From contig CT868649.1 in NCBI GenBank assembly GCA_000165425.1, positions 310,001-374,000 of the forward strand: DNA of 64,000 bases, in the 5' to 3' direction. The stretch's first letter is position 1; the number at the start of each line of letters is the position of its first letter. The notes below the pieces were generated by a model that saw only the letters and a program-made list of their open reading frames with translations, was not told the origin of the DNA and did not search any database. A program made the position numbers and the translations under genes. Shown here piece by piece: positions 39,258-51,897 of this stretch. Source of the DNA: Paramecium tetraurelia (lineage: Eukaryota).

Positions 39258-41110
39258 TCATAATGCTGGTCTATTGAATAAATCTTAAACTGGCAATCTG
39301 ATCTCGTTGACAACTTATTCTATATTTCTATTGTTTTCGTATTTGCTAGCATGGATTAACTAAGATTATGTGGATTAAAATTACTTTTTCATAAAACTTT
39401 TCCTAATCATTTTGGCCTAATAAGATTCCATAATGTTCAAACTCATATGAATCAATTAATAAATTTAATACTGTCAATAATTCTTAAGCATTTTATCCTA
39501 CTTATTATTTAATTAAATTGATATTTGTTAAATTAGTTTCCATTAAGGATAGTGAGACGAAATTCTAATTTAATAATAACCTATCTAAGATAAAATTAGA
39601 AGCCCTGTATCTTCTGAATGCAAGCAATGAGAAGAACTTTTAAGAAGCAAATAGTTCGAAGGTCAATTAGGAAAACTAATAAGCAGAATACGAGTATTTA
39701 AGATGTTCTTGTTATAACAATTTCTCCTTAATTTTCGCAACGTGATAACCAAATACATGAAATGGATTACTAACATTGCTTTAACTCAGAGGTCCAAGTT
39801 CTGCAAACATTGAGACTGGATCCCCCATGAAATATTGTCCCAAATAATAAAGAACGACTTATTTATTCTAAGTATGATATTATCGTAATAAATACCTTCT
39901 CAGTATCCAAAATGGTATTTAAATAATCTGTTTATTTTTAGATTCTGTTGTTCTTGTAGAATGAAGATAACCATATGAGTTTCTCTTAAATTTGAGGGAC
40001 TCCAGAAATTCTGAGAAAACCAAATCCTCCAAATACATCTCTCAACTATTCTGCCATATAGACACTATGTTCTGTGATGTAAAGAGAAAAGAAATCGACA
40101 AACTTTTTGCTTACCTTTCTTCTTGCCTTCTTCATAAACACATCCTAGAAAAATTCTTTTCTGGCTTCTTGAGCACTTATATAAAACATAACAGCAAACG
40201 AAATAGCATTAACTAGTCTTGTTAATGTAACCTGATAAGTTAAAATAGGTCTTTCTGTCTTGTCTTCTGTTGTTCTGAATTGCTTCCTCATTGAACAATA
40301 CTTATAGCAGATATCTGACAATCTCATAATCTCTCTTAATGCAATTTGGCAATCTTCAAATCCCTGATGAGATTCCCATTATTCGATAAGTTCTAGATCG
40401 TCTTAATTCAACTCGACATACTTCAATACTTTAGTGCCTTCAAATTGAATAGCGTAATTTTAATAGATGGATACAGTTTTACCCAACCATTTCTCCTTCA
40501 CTTTGTTATCTTTTAATTAAATCAATGCCAAGTAGAACTTATCCTAATTCTTGCAAGTAACCAAAGCATGGGTTCCAAATTGGCCTTAATAATTATTCCC
40601 AGTTTTGTATACTCCTTCTTTACTTTATAATGTTGCTTAATTATTTTCAAATTAGATTGACGTCGATAATTCAGTCACTTAAAGTGTCCCATTAAATGCT
40701 TATTCATTTGATAACAAGGAAAGTGAGACTTTTAGAGTGTTAGCTTGAGCAAGCAAATTCTGCAATTCCTTATTTGGGGTGATTGTTTTTAGGATCCTTA
40801 GATTTAATAATTAAATCTAAAAAAATCGTTAGACATGGGGGGAAACAAAATCCCCAAAGTATTAAACGTAAGATTCTGCTTAATATAAACCTCCTTTGCT
40901 TTAAATAAATTTATTTAATCGGTCCACTTGAGCAAGATCTAATTTATACTATTCATTCAAATTTTGAGAACTATGGATAATCTGAGGCTATATCTCAGGT
41001 GTCTCTGAGATCACCTTCTTTAATTCCTGAAACAATTGGAATTACGGTTATCCCCTGTAGATGAGATACGTCAATGATTATTTACTCACTTAAAAATCTT
41101 CACTATTCAT
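39258..41110 (-). CDS. Divergent acyl-CoA oxidase-like protein
   Basis: FQVSKQSLTYLIYRG; ICYKYCSMRKQF..TERPILTYQVTLTRL (cf. IAIRYS.VRRQF..E.QILDYQ); EQLRDVFGGFGFLRISGVP (cf. E.CR.ACGGHGY...SGLP); LIDSYEF..LLGQNDQEKFYEKL; ends RPAL*. Confidence 0.78.
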
Positions 41111-41164
41111 TATTAATTATATATATTTAGTATAAAGCAATACATAACCTATATACAACTCAGC

Positions 41165-44100
41165 TCATTTTATTTATTCTAAAATGCTAACTATAAAGTT
41201 CTCTAATGATTTATTTAGCTTTTATTGTTTCTTTTTCCCTAACACCACATAATTACAATAGAACTCTTTTTTTGCATCCAACTCCTTCAAAATCACTTTA
41301 AAGAAATCGAAAATCTTGTTGATTTGCACACAAGAATGTGTAAGTAACTTTCTATTGTAGGGATTGAATATCGTGATCGGTAACATAGGTAAGCAATAGT
41401 CTTATAAATTGAAAAAGTAACTAAATTATATTAACAGTAAAATACCTAGAATTGGGATTATGAATGTCTGCCAATAGACCTATTCCAGTAGAGGAGGAGT
41501 CAAAGCAGTTTATATAAAAGTTGATCAAGTCAACAAATTGTTCCCCAATCAAATTAGAAGCAACTCTCTATTCTCTCATATAAGAGTAAACCATGATGAT
41601 TAATGAGTAAGAGGATAGACCCCCTAATATATAATAAAATGAAATTATTACCTGTATACGACTCTGAGAGCTTAAGCTTTTTAATCATGGACTTTAAAAT
41701 AAGGACAATCTATTGTAATGATGGGTATTCTTCCATCCATTTTTTAACCAAATCAGTAGTTATCGAACCTAGATGAGTAGAATAAATGCCATTCCCATTG
41801 AAGTTAAATGAGATGTCCACCTTTATTCCACTCTTTAATTTCTGTTTTAGCCTTTTCCACAATTGAATTTATTACTCATCCAAGTTCCTTCCTTCATATT
41901 CAAATATGTTTATCTATGGATCTATTTCTAATTTAATTATTGGAACAGATGAATTAAATATTGGACTTATAATTACTTTAACATATGTACTTTGCTTTGA
42001 CCACCCATTTTTTTCTGGAGAACTCAAAATACAAGTTATCAAAGTGACTCTTTAGCATATTTCGATTATACACTTCCAATCCATTGATCCCAATGTCAAT
42101 ATCAGAATCTAACAAGGCTAATCCTGTAGCACAAGAACCAAAGAGTCTAGATCTAAAGAAATATATTTACGTAATCATCCCATCAGGAATCCCTAAGAAC
42201 ACCTTCTAAATTACTGATTTAACCCTCTCAAAGGCCAAAAATCTGAATGGGAGCATTTCTTCATATTCACTCATAATATTATCAGTGAAATCAAGAATAT
42301 CTGAATTGATTTATTCAATCAATTTTTATTTTCCCTTTTATTAAACATTTTCTAATTACTCTTTCAAGCTTTTCTCTGGACTTTCTTGTTTTATCGATAG
42401 ATTCTTTTTAACTTCAAGTTGTTAATTTTTCTTTCGATTTTTTGGAACAACATCATCTTCCAAGGTTTTTTATGAGATCTATTCACTTTCATTTGAGGCT
42501 GAATTGATATCCTATTGAAATTACTAGTTCTCAAATTAGTTCATTTTAAAGGAATTAATCAATTTATAAATATTTTGCTACTTATCAGTACTGTTATTTC
42601 TAATTTTGATTTAATTCTTCATTTTGTTTGATTGTTCCTTGCTTTCTTCCTCTTCAGATGTAGAAGATGTTCTATTAGAACAGTGACTTTTAATAGTTTA
42701 TGCTTGTGTTTCAATTGAAAATCTAGTAATTTCAGATTGTGGTGATTATAATTAGAGTTGTTCATCTCTACTTTCTGGTATTGATTTTTAAAAACCTTTT
42801 TACTTTTTCTTCGCTCTTTTCTTGTCTTTTAGATATTGTTCCTTAAATTAATTTTCATCATTCAATGACAGAGTTGCTATTTCTAAAATATTAGTAGTAA
42901 TAGATTGACCAACATCAACATAGTCATCATTAGTAGGGTTTTCTAGATGTGTGTGGAATTATTGAGATATTAATGGTTATTAAGTCAAGTTTATCTTTGG
43001 ATGGTTAGCATGTTAAAATTTAGAAGATTGTTACTATGTGTTTGAAATCTTGTTATATTCACTAATATAGGAATAATGTATACTTTTAATCATCGCTGGT
43101 TTCCCAAGCTGATGGAGTGTTAGGGGGAGTCACATATGTATAGGCTAGATTGCTTTGCGAGTGTGATCTTTGAAACCTTAGGATATTTGATTCCAATAGA
43201 TTTTTGCTTGATAATCTTTTGTTTAATTCAATAGGGTCTAATCCCTTGAATGTGTTCATTTTTTAGAATTTCTTTTTCTTCTTTTTCTTATCTTTTTTTT
43301 ATTTTTTATCTGAAATTTCAGTTTTAAACAATTCTTATTCTAAATGTTCTTAGAATAATTATTGGACTATTTTATAGAACTTTTTTAATATGTATGTTTT
43401 CTAATCCACTAAATCATTCATTGATGTAATCAACATTGAGTTAATGATGTTTGTATCAGTGTGACATTTTTGTTGGAAGGTCAACAGCAATTCTACTTAG
43501 GATTTCAATAATTTGATTGCTGTTCCTGAGAAGATGTTTTCATAAAATTTATTTTCCAAACGATCAGGTTGTTATTTAATTTCTGAATAGATTTCCTAAA
43601 AATAGAAGGTTAACTTAATTATATATTAAATTAATACTCTTTCCTTATTATTGGCCAGATTTTATAAAAAGAATTCCTTAAGTTCATTCGAAGTATTCTT
43701 ATAGATAGGTTGTCTAAAGAGTCTCTATTTTTTCTTTTTCTCTCTGTGAAGGTTGTAATGGAAGGAAATATTTTTTTCAAATTCTTTGATGATCCAAACT
43801 GCACAACTGTGAAAACTATTCTAATGAAACCAAAAAGGATCTTCTGCTTTTTCTATTATGGCTTTGGGAGGAGTGGATAGAAAATATTTGTCAGAGAGGT
43901 CGTGCAATAAATCCAGGAAGGAGTTTAAATTTTCTAAATGTGGCTCAGCAACAAAAATAGTATCCATAAAATTTTCATCGTCAACTATGCTCAATTTAGA
44001 ATACAATTCCTTGATGAATAATGAGTATTATGTACTTCTACTTTGGGATGTAGCCCTTTGAAGTTCATCATGAACTAATCGTCAATTTTAGACTCAAAAT

Positions 44101-44471
44101 TAATGGTTTCTCTAAAGATAGTTTTTAATATTCACTTTAAACGTAATGCATAAATTGAAGGGTTATTTAGTTTGTCATTGATGTGCATTTTCATTATTGG
44201 AAAGGTTTTCATTTACCCTTTAATCTGAAATAGCTTATACAATTCAGATTATTCCAGTGTTGAGAGCCTGTTAAAAGTAATCAAAAAATAGATACCATGA
44301 TATTACTTCTGATTTGTATGTTGCAGTGGATGAATTCTATTCTTGGATGTTATCTGGATACAAATTATAATAATAGGAATGTCTATATGGATACAAGCAA
44401 TAATTGAAAGGCTGGAGAAAATTCATTTGATTTATCTGATTCATCTGTCTACATAACGATTATGAATACAT
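41165..44471 (-). CDS. Non-canonical poly(A) polymerase / terminal nucleotidyltransferase (Trf4/PAPD5-like) with long N-terminal extension
   Basis: LFGSCATGLALLDSDIDIG, SSVPIIKL, VDISF, GGLSSYSLIIM, PITIFNPYN; several introns. Confidence 0.88.
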
Positions 44472-44794
44472 GTTTTGAGAGGAGTTTGTTCTGATAAATT
44501 TAGTTTATTTATTTTTATATAATAATCTGAGAATCTTAAAATCGGAGTGTATTAATATTAATATAATAAAAAGATATAAGATGTACACAATTAAATACAA
44601 AGAATAATGCTGAGCTTCGGCAGCAATATAAAATTGTTCTCTATTTTAAGATTTGCATTTCAATCAAATAAATTCTAAATTATATTTTGTTTCATTTTAA
44701 ATTATTATTTTATATAGTGCGCCATCTTCTTCAAAATTACCAAATAAATATTATATTATTTCTTTAAAATTATAATGTCTTAAAACATACAAAA

Positions 44795-47219
44795 TCAATA
44801 CTCAAATACAAATAACTCACAGACATCACATTCAGTTAATAGTATAGAATTCAATCCTCTTGTTTTCATGAGCACTATATAAGGACTTCCCATCCGAAAT
44901 AACTTTGTTGCATCCATAAGGATTCATTGAAATTTCCTATACTTTTTAAGGCTAAGTGTCCAACTTCCACACTGATATTTTCCCCTCCTATTCGAAACCC
45001 ATCAATCCAGCAAATAAATATTACGAATCAGGATCAAAACTAATAGAATGGACTGGATAATCCTCTTCAAGATTTCTAAGTTCTTAAAGTTTTGGATATT
45101 GCCATATTTTAATGCAATTATCCTTAGACCCACTAATCAAAATTCCATTGTTTTAAGAATTATTGCTAGACAAGGCTAGACATAAAATTATGTTCTTATG
45201 ACCACTCACCTCAAATATCTTATTATTAGTCTGAGTATCATATAAGATTATATTCTTTCCGCTTGCTATAACTAGATTGTGTCTTTCAGCTGCCAATGCA
45301 CTTACTCTTGCATTGGTTTTTAGCGAATGTTATAACGATCCATCAAAATCCCAAAACTTTACGTAAGTGTCATCAGATCCTGATGCTATGTAGTTTCCAA
45401 CGAATTCCAAACATCTGATTCTATCTGCATGTCCTTCGCAAACATAGACTTATTTCCAAACTGGATTAGGTTTCCAAATACGAACTGTTTTATCAACTGA
45501 TCCACTAGCAATGATTCTTTTCTTTGAAAAAGCAACACACAGGACTTGATCCTTATGTTCCTTAAGAGTCGTTTTCAATTGTCTTGATCGTCTACGATTA
45601 TAGATTGATATTACTTGTCCCATATTTTAATGGTAGTATCTTTGGAACATGTGATAATTTTATCAGCATCCATCAAGGCAAGATCCTTTACACTTTTATC
45701 ATGACCTTTCAGAGTCTAGTCATATTCAATCGATAAAGGATTAAGTAAGTTTGGAGTTAGCTTGACTTGAGGTGGGCCAATAGACCTAATTTGTTAATTG
45801 AATATACTTAGAACTAATGTATGATAAATCTAATTGTGATTTATTGTCCCTAACTAATTAAGCTTATAAGTTTGATTATGATGATGTAGACTGTTTGATG
45901 CTGGGCTATTATTAAATTACATATTAATCTGTAGGTTCAAACAGAAGTTGATTTGAAATTGAAAAATGCTGCTCATAAGGTTATTAATTATCCTTAAAAA
46001 TAGAATATTGATTTTTCTAGTTATTGTCTTCATTTATTTAGTTTTCTGAATATTAATTAAGTATCTCACTTGTAGCAGGAATATATTCGGCATTCTATTA
46101 TTATTTCTCATCCTTTTATGAAGCATTTGAAAAGTAAAATATATTGTCTTTTAAGAATCCTTTGTTGTCATTCTAAGTTAAGGGCATCTAATTTGCAAAA
46201 TATCCAGATTAATTGGGTTATTCCTGCTAAAAGTATTTGAAAACACTTTGCTATTATGAAGACGGATTAGTTTTTGGAGACCTATCGAATGTTTTGGATC
46301 CTGGAGACTTAGGCAAGATATCTATGGATTGAGTCTGCATATTATTCACTTTAAAAGGTTCCACTGGCCTCTGCATCTCAAAAGATGAATTTTAAGATTT
46401 CTATTTAGATTGATAGCTTTCTTAATTTTAGGCCTTATCTGACGATTTATCTAAATCAAAGGGCTTGGTAATTTTGAAAGAATTTTATGTATCCTATTTG
46501 CTTCTGGCTGATTATTGAGAATCCTATTCAGTGAAATAGTTCTTTAATTTTGAATTATTAAATGAACCAACTGGCATTAGGTCTCTTTATAATAGCTATT
46601 TTCTTATTGGGGAAATACTTGCCTATTTTTATTGGAAAATAGGTTCTTTTGATCTATTTGATCGATTGGTTAATTCTGGGGATATTTCTTTCCCTTCCGA
46701 TTTATAATTGATGATACTCGAAGATTGTGAAGGTGTTTGAGGTGTTTATGAAGGTTACACTAATTTAATAGGTAATTAAGAAAATGATTATTTAATCTAT
46801 TTTTCGATATCTGTTATCTGTTCATAAAAGGATTCTAAATATTCTCTATCTTTCAGTTAATCTCTTTAAACTAACTCAATCAACTTCGATTGGTATTATT
46901 AAATACTCATCTTCTCTGATTTTAATTACTTCACCAATTCCTTTTTTCTCTTCTCATCTATTTAACTAACATCAATTAACAGTTAAGATATTTTAGTGTG
47001 AAAGAATGCCTTTAAAGATTCCAGTTTCTACAAAATATTCGTCTAATATTCAGCATTTAAGTATTTGATTTATTCATTGATATAGACATCCAAATTTTTA
47101 ATCACGTGTGTAACATGAGTATCTGTGCACATATCACAGAGTGGTCCCTTCCTTGTACAATCAGGTTGTAAGCATACCTATGTATATGGTAATGAATGCA
47201 GTTAGCAATAATATTACAT
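44795..47219 (-). CDS. Protein with N-terminal B-box-like Cys/His motif, coiled coil, low-complexity middle and C-terminal WD40 repeats
   Basis: MQYYCQLH...VCLQPDC..GPLCDMC..H..H; WD repeats GHDKSV, ASGSVDKTVRIW, ASGSDDTYVKFWD, ISGSKDNCIKIW. Confidence 0.85.
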
Positions 47220-47487
47220 TATATAAATTATTATTGTTATTTTACTCTTAAAATCAAATGGAGCAAATGCGATTAATTTAACCAATTTCCATGCTCCAAA
47301 CTTACAGTTTAAAACATATTGATTAGAAATGCTGAATGAAAATACTCGCTTGTTATCGTTCATGATCCTATTAAATCTAAAATTGGATCATGTCAATATT
47401 TAATTAAACTATTATCTAAAATTAATGAACATCAATACTTTATCAACATTATTAAATACTTAATATATTTATAAATAATTAAATTAA

Positions 47488-48156
47488 ATGTTTTCAGAAA
47501 GATTAGTAAGAGTAACTTTGACTCTACCAAAAGTTGAAGGTAATCTAAAATGGGAATCAGATGTTTAAACAAACACTTCAAGATCAAGTTTCACTCTTAT
47601 TTATATTTAGGAATCATTTCAATCAATGCTAGACCCTAATAATTTGGGAATCGATTTCATAAACAAACTATGACTTCCATTGTATCTCCAAAATAACTTT
47701 AACTCTACACTCCCATGCAGGAAAGCAAAAGAGCTAAGAAATTAAAAAATATCCCTTATGAACTCTAATACTTCACTCCCAAACTTCCTAATAAAAACTT
47801 TACTTCTAGTCATCTCATGAGTGATGAATTGCTTAAACCTTCCTCTGAGAGCATCGAAAACAAAGATAAATGGCAGATTAAATCCCATATTCCCAAAACA
47901 AATAATGTGTTCAGTTTATGCTAAATAAAAAGAATTGATAAATAAGAGAAAAAAAATGAGAAATCTTAAGATTTTATTTAAATTAGAAAATAAAATACTC
48001 AAAATATTGAGAATGAAAAAGTCAAAGTAATCTTATGCTTTCTATCACATCTAGAGATTTAAGAAATATCGATAAGCCACCTAAAAGTTGATTGATCAAT
48101 TTGCCCAATAATTCAATACTCGTGCTAAAATTGACAATTTCAATTTGAATCTATGA
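47488..48156 (+). CDS. Hypothetical protein
   Basis: Code-6 ORF from MFSERLVRVTLTLPK with two GT..AG introns, ends NFNLNL*. Confidence 0.7.
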
Positions 48157-48265
48157 AAATCAAATGGAATTTTTGTTTGTTTTGATAATCTCAATAAGTT
48201 CATAACTTTTTATTTTCAATCTGAATTCTATATTAAATTAATAAATAATTATATATTAAAAAGAA

Positions 48266-49116
48266 ATGCTCCAAAATTTTATTCAATTTCAGTCATCTAT
48301 TGGTAAAGTTACTTTATTATACTAAGAAAATCGAGATAAATTACTTAAATTTTTATAAAATTGGCAATTGTTACGAAGTTATATGCTTATTGGATACAAT
48401 AATGAAGAATCGGAGTCTAAATTTTTTATATATTGTACATACAATCCCATAACTTAGAACAATTATATATATGCAGAAGATTATTCAGACTTGGAAAGAG
48501 TCTACAAACAATCTTAAATATCTTAGAAAGAAAATAACTATAAAATTCGAATAAAGCATACAATCAAATACCACACAAGGTGAATGAAATGTCCATATAT
48601 TCAGTCTACATATTTTATTTCTTTTTTCACTTGATTGAAAATATCATGGTCATTCATTAAATGGGATTCTTTGGCAAAAGATTTAATCATAAATTATTAA
48701 AAATTGTATCTCATACATTTTGGACTTTTGGACTAATAACTTAGCTAATATATTATTTCAATAGACTTAGATCAGCATTTCGAAGGTATTTTAATCTTTA
48801 TTAGAGAGAGAGTAAGAAATGAAATCTTAAATCTAAAATGGAATGACCAATGGAGAGTTTCTCGAAAAATTAAAGTCCTATTCTAATGAAAGATACTAAT
48901 ATGGATTATTAATATTAAGAATTATTGGTGATCTAGCATGCGCTATGTAGAAAGCATAGATTCCAGAAAAAATTGTAATGCATACTATCTCATTTCTAGT
49001 TACATACTAGATTTAATAGAGGATTAGTTGCTTGCGGAGGATTATTGAGTTCGACCATTTAAATATGCATATAAGCAGCAAGAATAAATAAAAAATAGAA
49101 CTTTGTGGAAGTATGA
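48266..49116 (+). CDS. PEX11: Peroxisomal biogenesis factor 11 family protein
   Basis: ENRDKLLKFLQ, CRRLFRLGKSL, HTFWTFGL, GDLACA, GLVACGGLLSS; several introns. Confidence 0.8.
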
Positions 49117-49751
49117 ATAAAAAATAAATGAGTTTAAATATTTAATAATAAGACCTCATAACTAAAATTTGTAATTTTAGTATTAGTTTATTTATTAAAT
49201 TTGGAATAAATCCTCCTTCTTGCATTTATTATAATTTAATCTACTCTATACCTAATAAAATCAAAACCTAAATTTCATCTATCATACATTATTTATTCTA
49301 TTAAAATAATAATTTAAATATTTTTAATTATATATAATAAGAATTCTTAGCATTTATGGATCTTCTTGACCTTTCTTTATTTTATCAGTCTAAATTATAT
49401 AAATATAAAAGATGTTGAGAATAGCCAAAAATTATGATATCACTTTAAGCTCTTGAAAAATAGTTATTCATTCAATTCATAAGAATGAATTTATAACACT
49501 TTTGATCAATCTAACTAATAAGTTAGAATTAAAAAAGATGAGATATAATTAATGTATTAATTATTCAAATGATTTGCATAACGTTTCTAATTCGTATTTA
49601 TTAATCAATGATAATTCTAAGCTTTGAATTAATTAAGAATACATAATTTTGAATAATTAATTATTAGATAAATTAGTGATGATTAGTATTTTTGATTGAT
49701 AATCTAAAATTTGCTTTTAATATATTATTAAATTATTAATATAAAAAGTCA

Positions 49752-50455
49752 TCATTATTAAGTTTTTTTTTTTGATTTGATTTCAAAAACAGATTTGAGG
49801 GCATATGTTCCTGGGCCAGGTGATTCAATTTTCAATCCTGGTAGAGGTCTATCCCCAATTCCAAAAGTAATTTATTTAAATCGATTGTTCTAAATAATTT
49901 TATCGGTAGGAAGATAAGAAGTAGGTGAAGCGGTTTTTGGTAATTTTATATCGGAACTTATAAGTAAAATCTGAATTAATACTTGATCTTGCCATATATA
50001 CTAAAGGCTTTTGTTTTATTAAGCAATTTTAAATCATATGATCCAGGTCCTGGAACATCAAAACCTCGTACTGATTATAACTTCATTCCAAAGCTGCAGG
50101 ATCTACAAGAGGTCTATTTTATATCATATGTTCCAGGAGCTGGATTTAATTGATCTCTTTTTTCAAGGTCTAATGGTCTTAGCTATTTGTTTCCAAATCC
50201 AAAAGATGTGGCTCTTTTAGTTTTAGTATCAGTGAGACATAGATATTTTGGGGATGGAAGCTAAGGAGCATGATGAGATTAGAATCTTTCTGCTCTGGGA
50301 AAAGACAATTAAGGATTTGTTTATTGTAGAATGCTTGAGCTAAGTTGATTGGGTTCACTAAATTGTCCACGAAAAGTGTTGTTATTAATAAGTTTCATGA
50401 CTGAAAAAAGAGGTTTACTTTTCAGATGTTATGAGTTATTCTCATTATTTATCAT
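49752..50455 (-). CDS. Sperm-tail PG-rich (SHIPPO/ODF3-like, PGPG repeat) ciliary protein
   Basis: Repeats PAPGTY, VPGPGSY, SPGPGTY with SFG/FGFG spacers; one intron. Confidence 0.85.
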
Positions 50456-50901
50456 AATAAAATAAATAAAATCAGAATGTAACTAATATCTAATTTAATT
50501 GAGATAGATGAAAAATACTTCAGATTCGCTCATATATAATTCCAGTTTTGATTATCTAGGTTTAAATATCGTTATTCATGTTTTAATCTAAAGATATAAA
50601 AAAAAATATGCAGAAATAATCATAAAACAATAAATATATAGACATAATCAAGAATACAATTTCTAAGATATAGTTTTAACTAAATTGATAAAGAATGTCT
50701 AATTTTATTTTAACTTCTTAAGTAAATACATGAACTTATAAAATTAAGAATTATAAGGATTATTATTTTTCGATATGGCTAGTATTTAATATGTTCATTT
50801 TTCTGTCTGTGTAACAATAATGTTCTATTTAGAGATCTAAAGTTTTACAATTTACGTTTTAAAGGTTTGTGACTAGATAATAAATATAAAATAATAATAA
50901 T

Positions 50902-51811
50902 ATGTAGGGTTCAAGAAGGCATCCAGAACTTGATAATATGCCTGACTTTTTATTCGAAAGTAACAGTATATTAATCTCAAGATACTCTGATACTATCTGA
51001 TCCAAGGGAGGAAAACTGTTACTCTACTATAAAAGATTATTGCTGTCCAAATTTTACTTTAGTGTCATTTACTGCTATAATTTCGTTGATTCAATTGTCT
51101 TTGTTTATTGTAATGTGTTTCTTGGGGGATTTTAATCTTCAGAAAACAATTTTGTGTATTGTATTTAAATATTATTTACGAAAGAGTTCTCAGATGAGAC
51201 TCTTGATACTTTTGGGAGATGCTCAGCTTATAATGTGAAATATAAACTAGAGTTTTATCGACTGTTGACTTGCTTATTCATATTCAATAATGTTAAGGAT
51301 TTATGCGGAGAATTATTGTTACAAGTGATTATTGTTTCAATGGCAGAGAAGTTTATTGATAAGAAAACCACTTTGTTTTTGTATTTGATAACTGGAGTTG
51401 CTGGATCAATAACATTCATAGTGTTTTATGATTAGAATTTCGAAGGAAACTAATTTTGTGTTTTTGGAATGGTTGGTTTAATATTTGGTTTTATAATTCA
51501 GAATTCGTAATAAGTATTTGCAATAATTATATAATAAGGATGAGGCAAGATAAGTAATCATGTAAGTAACAATTTTTATATTAATAATTGGAATAATCGG
51601 GTTTTTTTATAAAAATTCGTTAATCTTTGGAATCTACGGAAGTTTCTTGATTGGAATTATAATTGGATTGATTTAACCAACCCAAAATAGGATTTTTTAT
51701 CGAACTAAAATGAAATTAGTTGGCCTAGGAGTAATTTTCATGTACTTTACTGGATTTATCTATATTTTTTTTTCTTTTAGGATGCCCTCTCATCCGATTG
51801 AATAACAATGA
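50902..51811 (+). CDS. Rhomboid-family membrane protein, catalytic residues apparently lost
   Basis: CPNFTLVSFTAIISLIQ, EFYRLLTCLF, LYLITGVAGS, EGNQFCVFGMVG; multiple hydrophobic segments. Confidence 0.78.
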
Positions 51812-51897
51812 GTTTTAATTATTATATTAATTAGTTGTTTCTATGAAATACCAAAATCTCTGTATATAATTATATTAAAATAAAAAACTAAGTTAAA

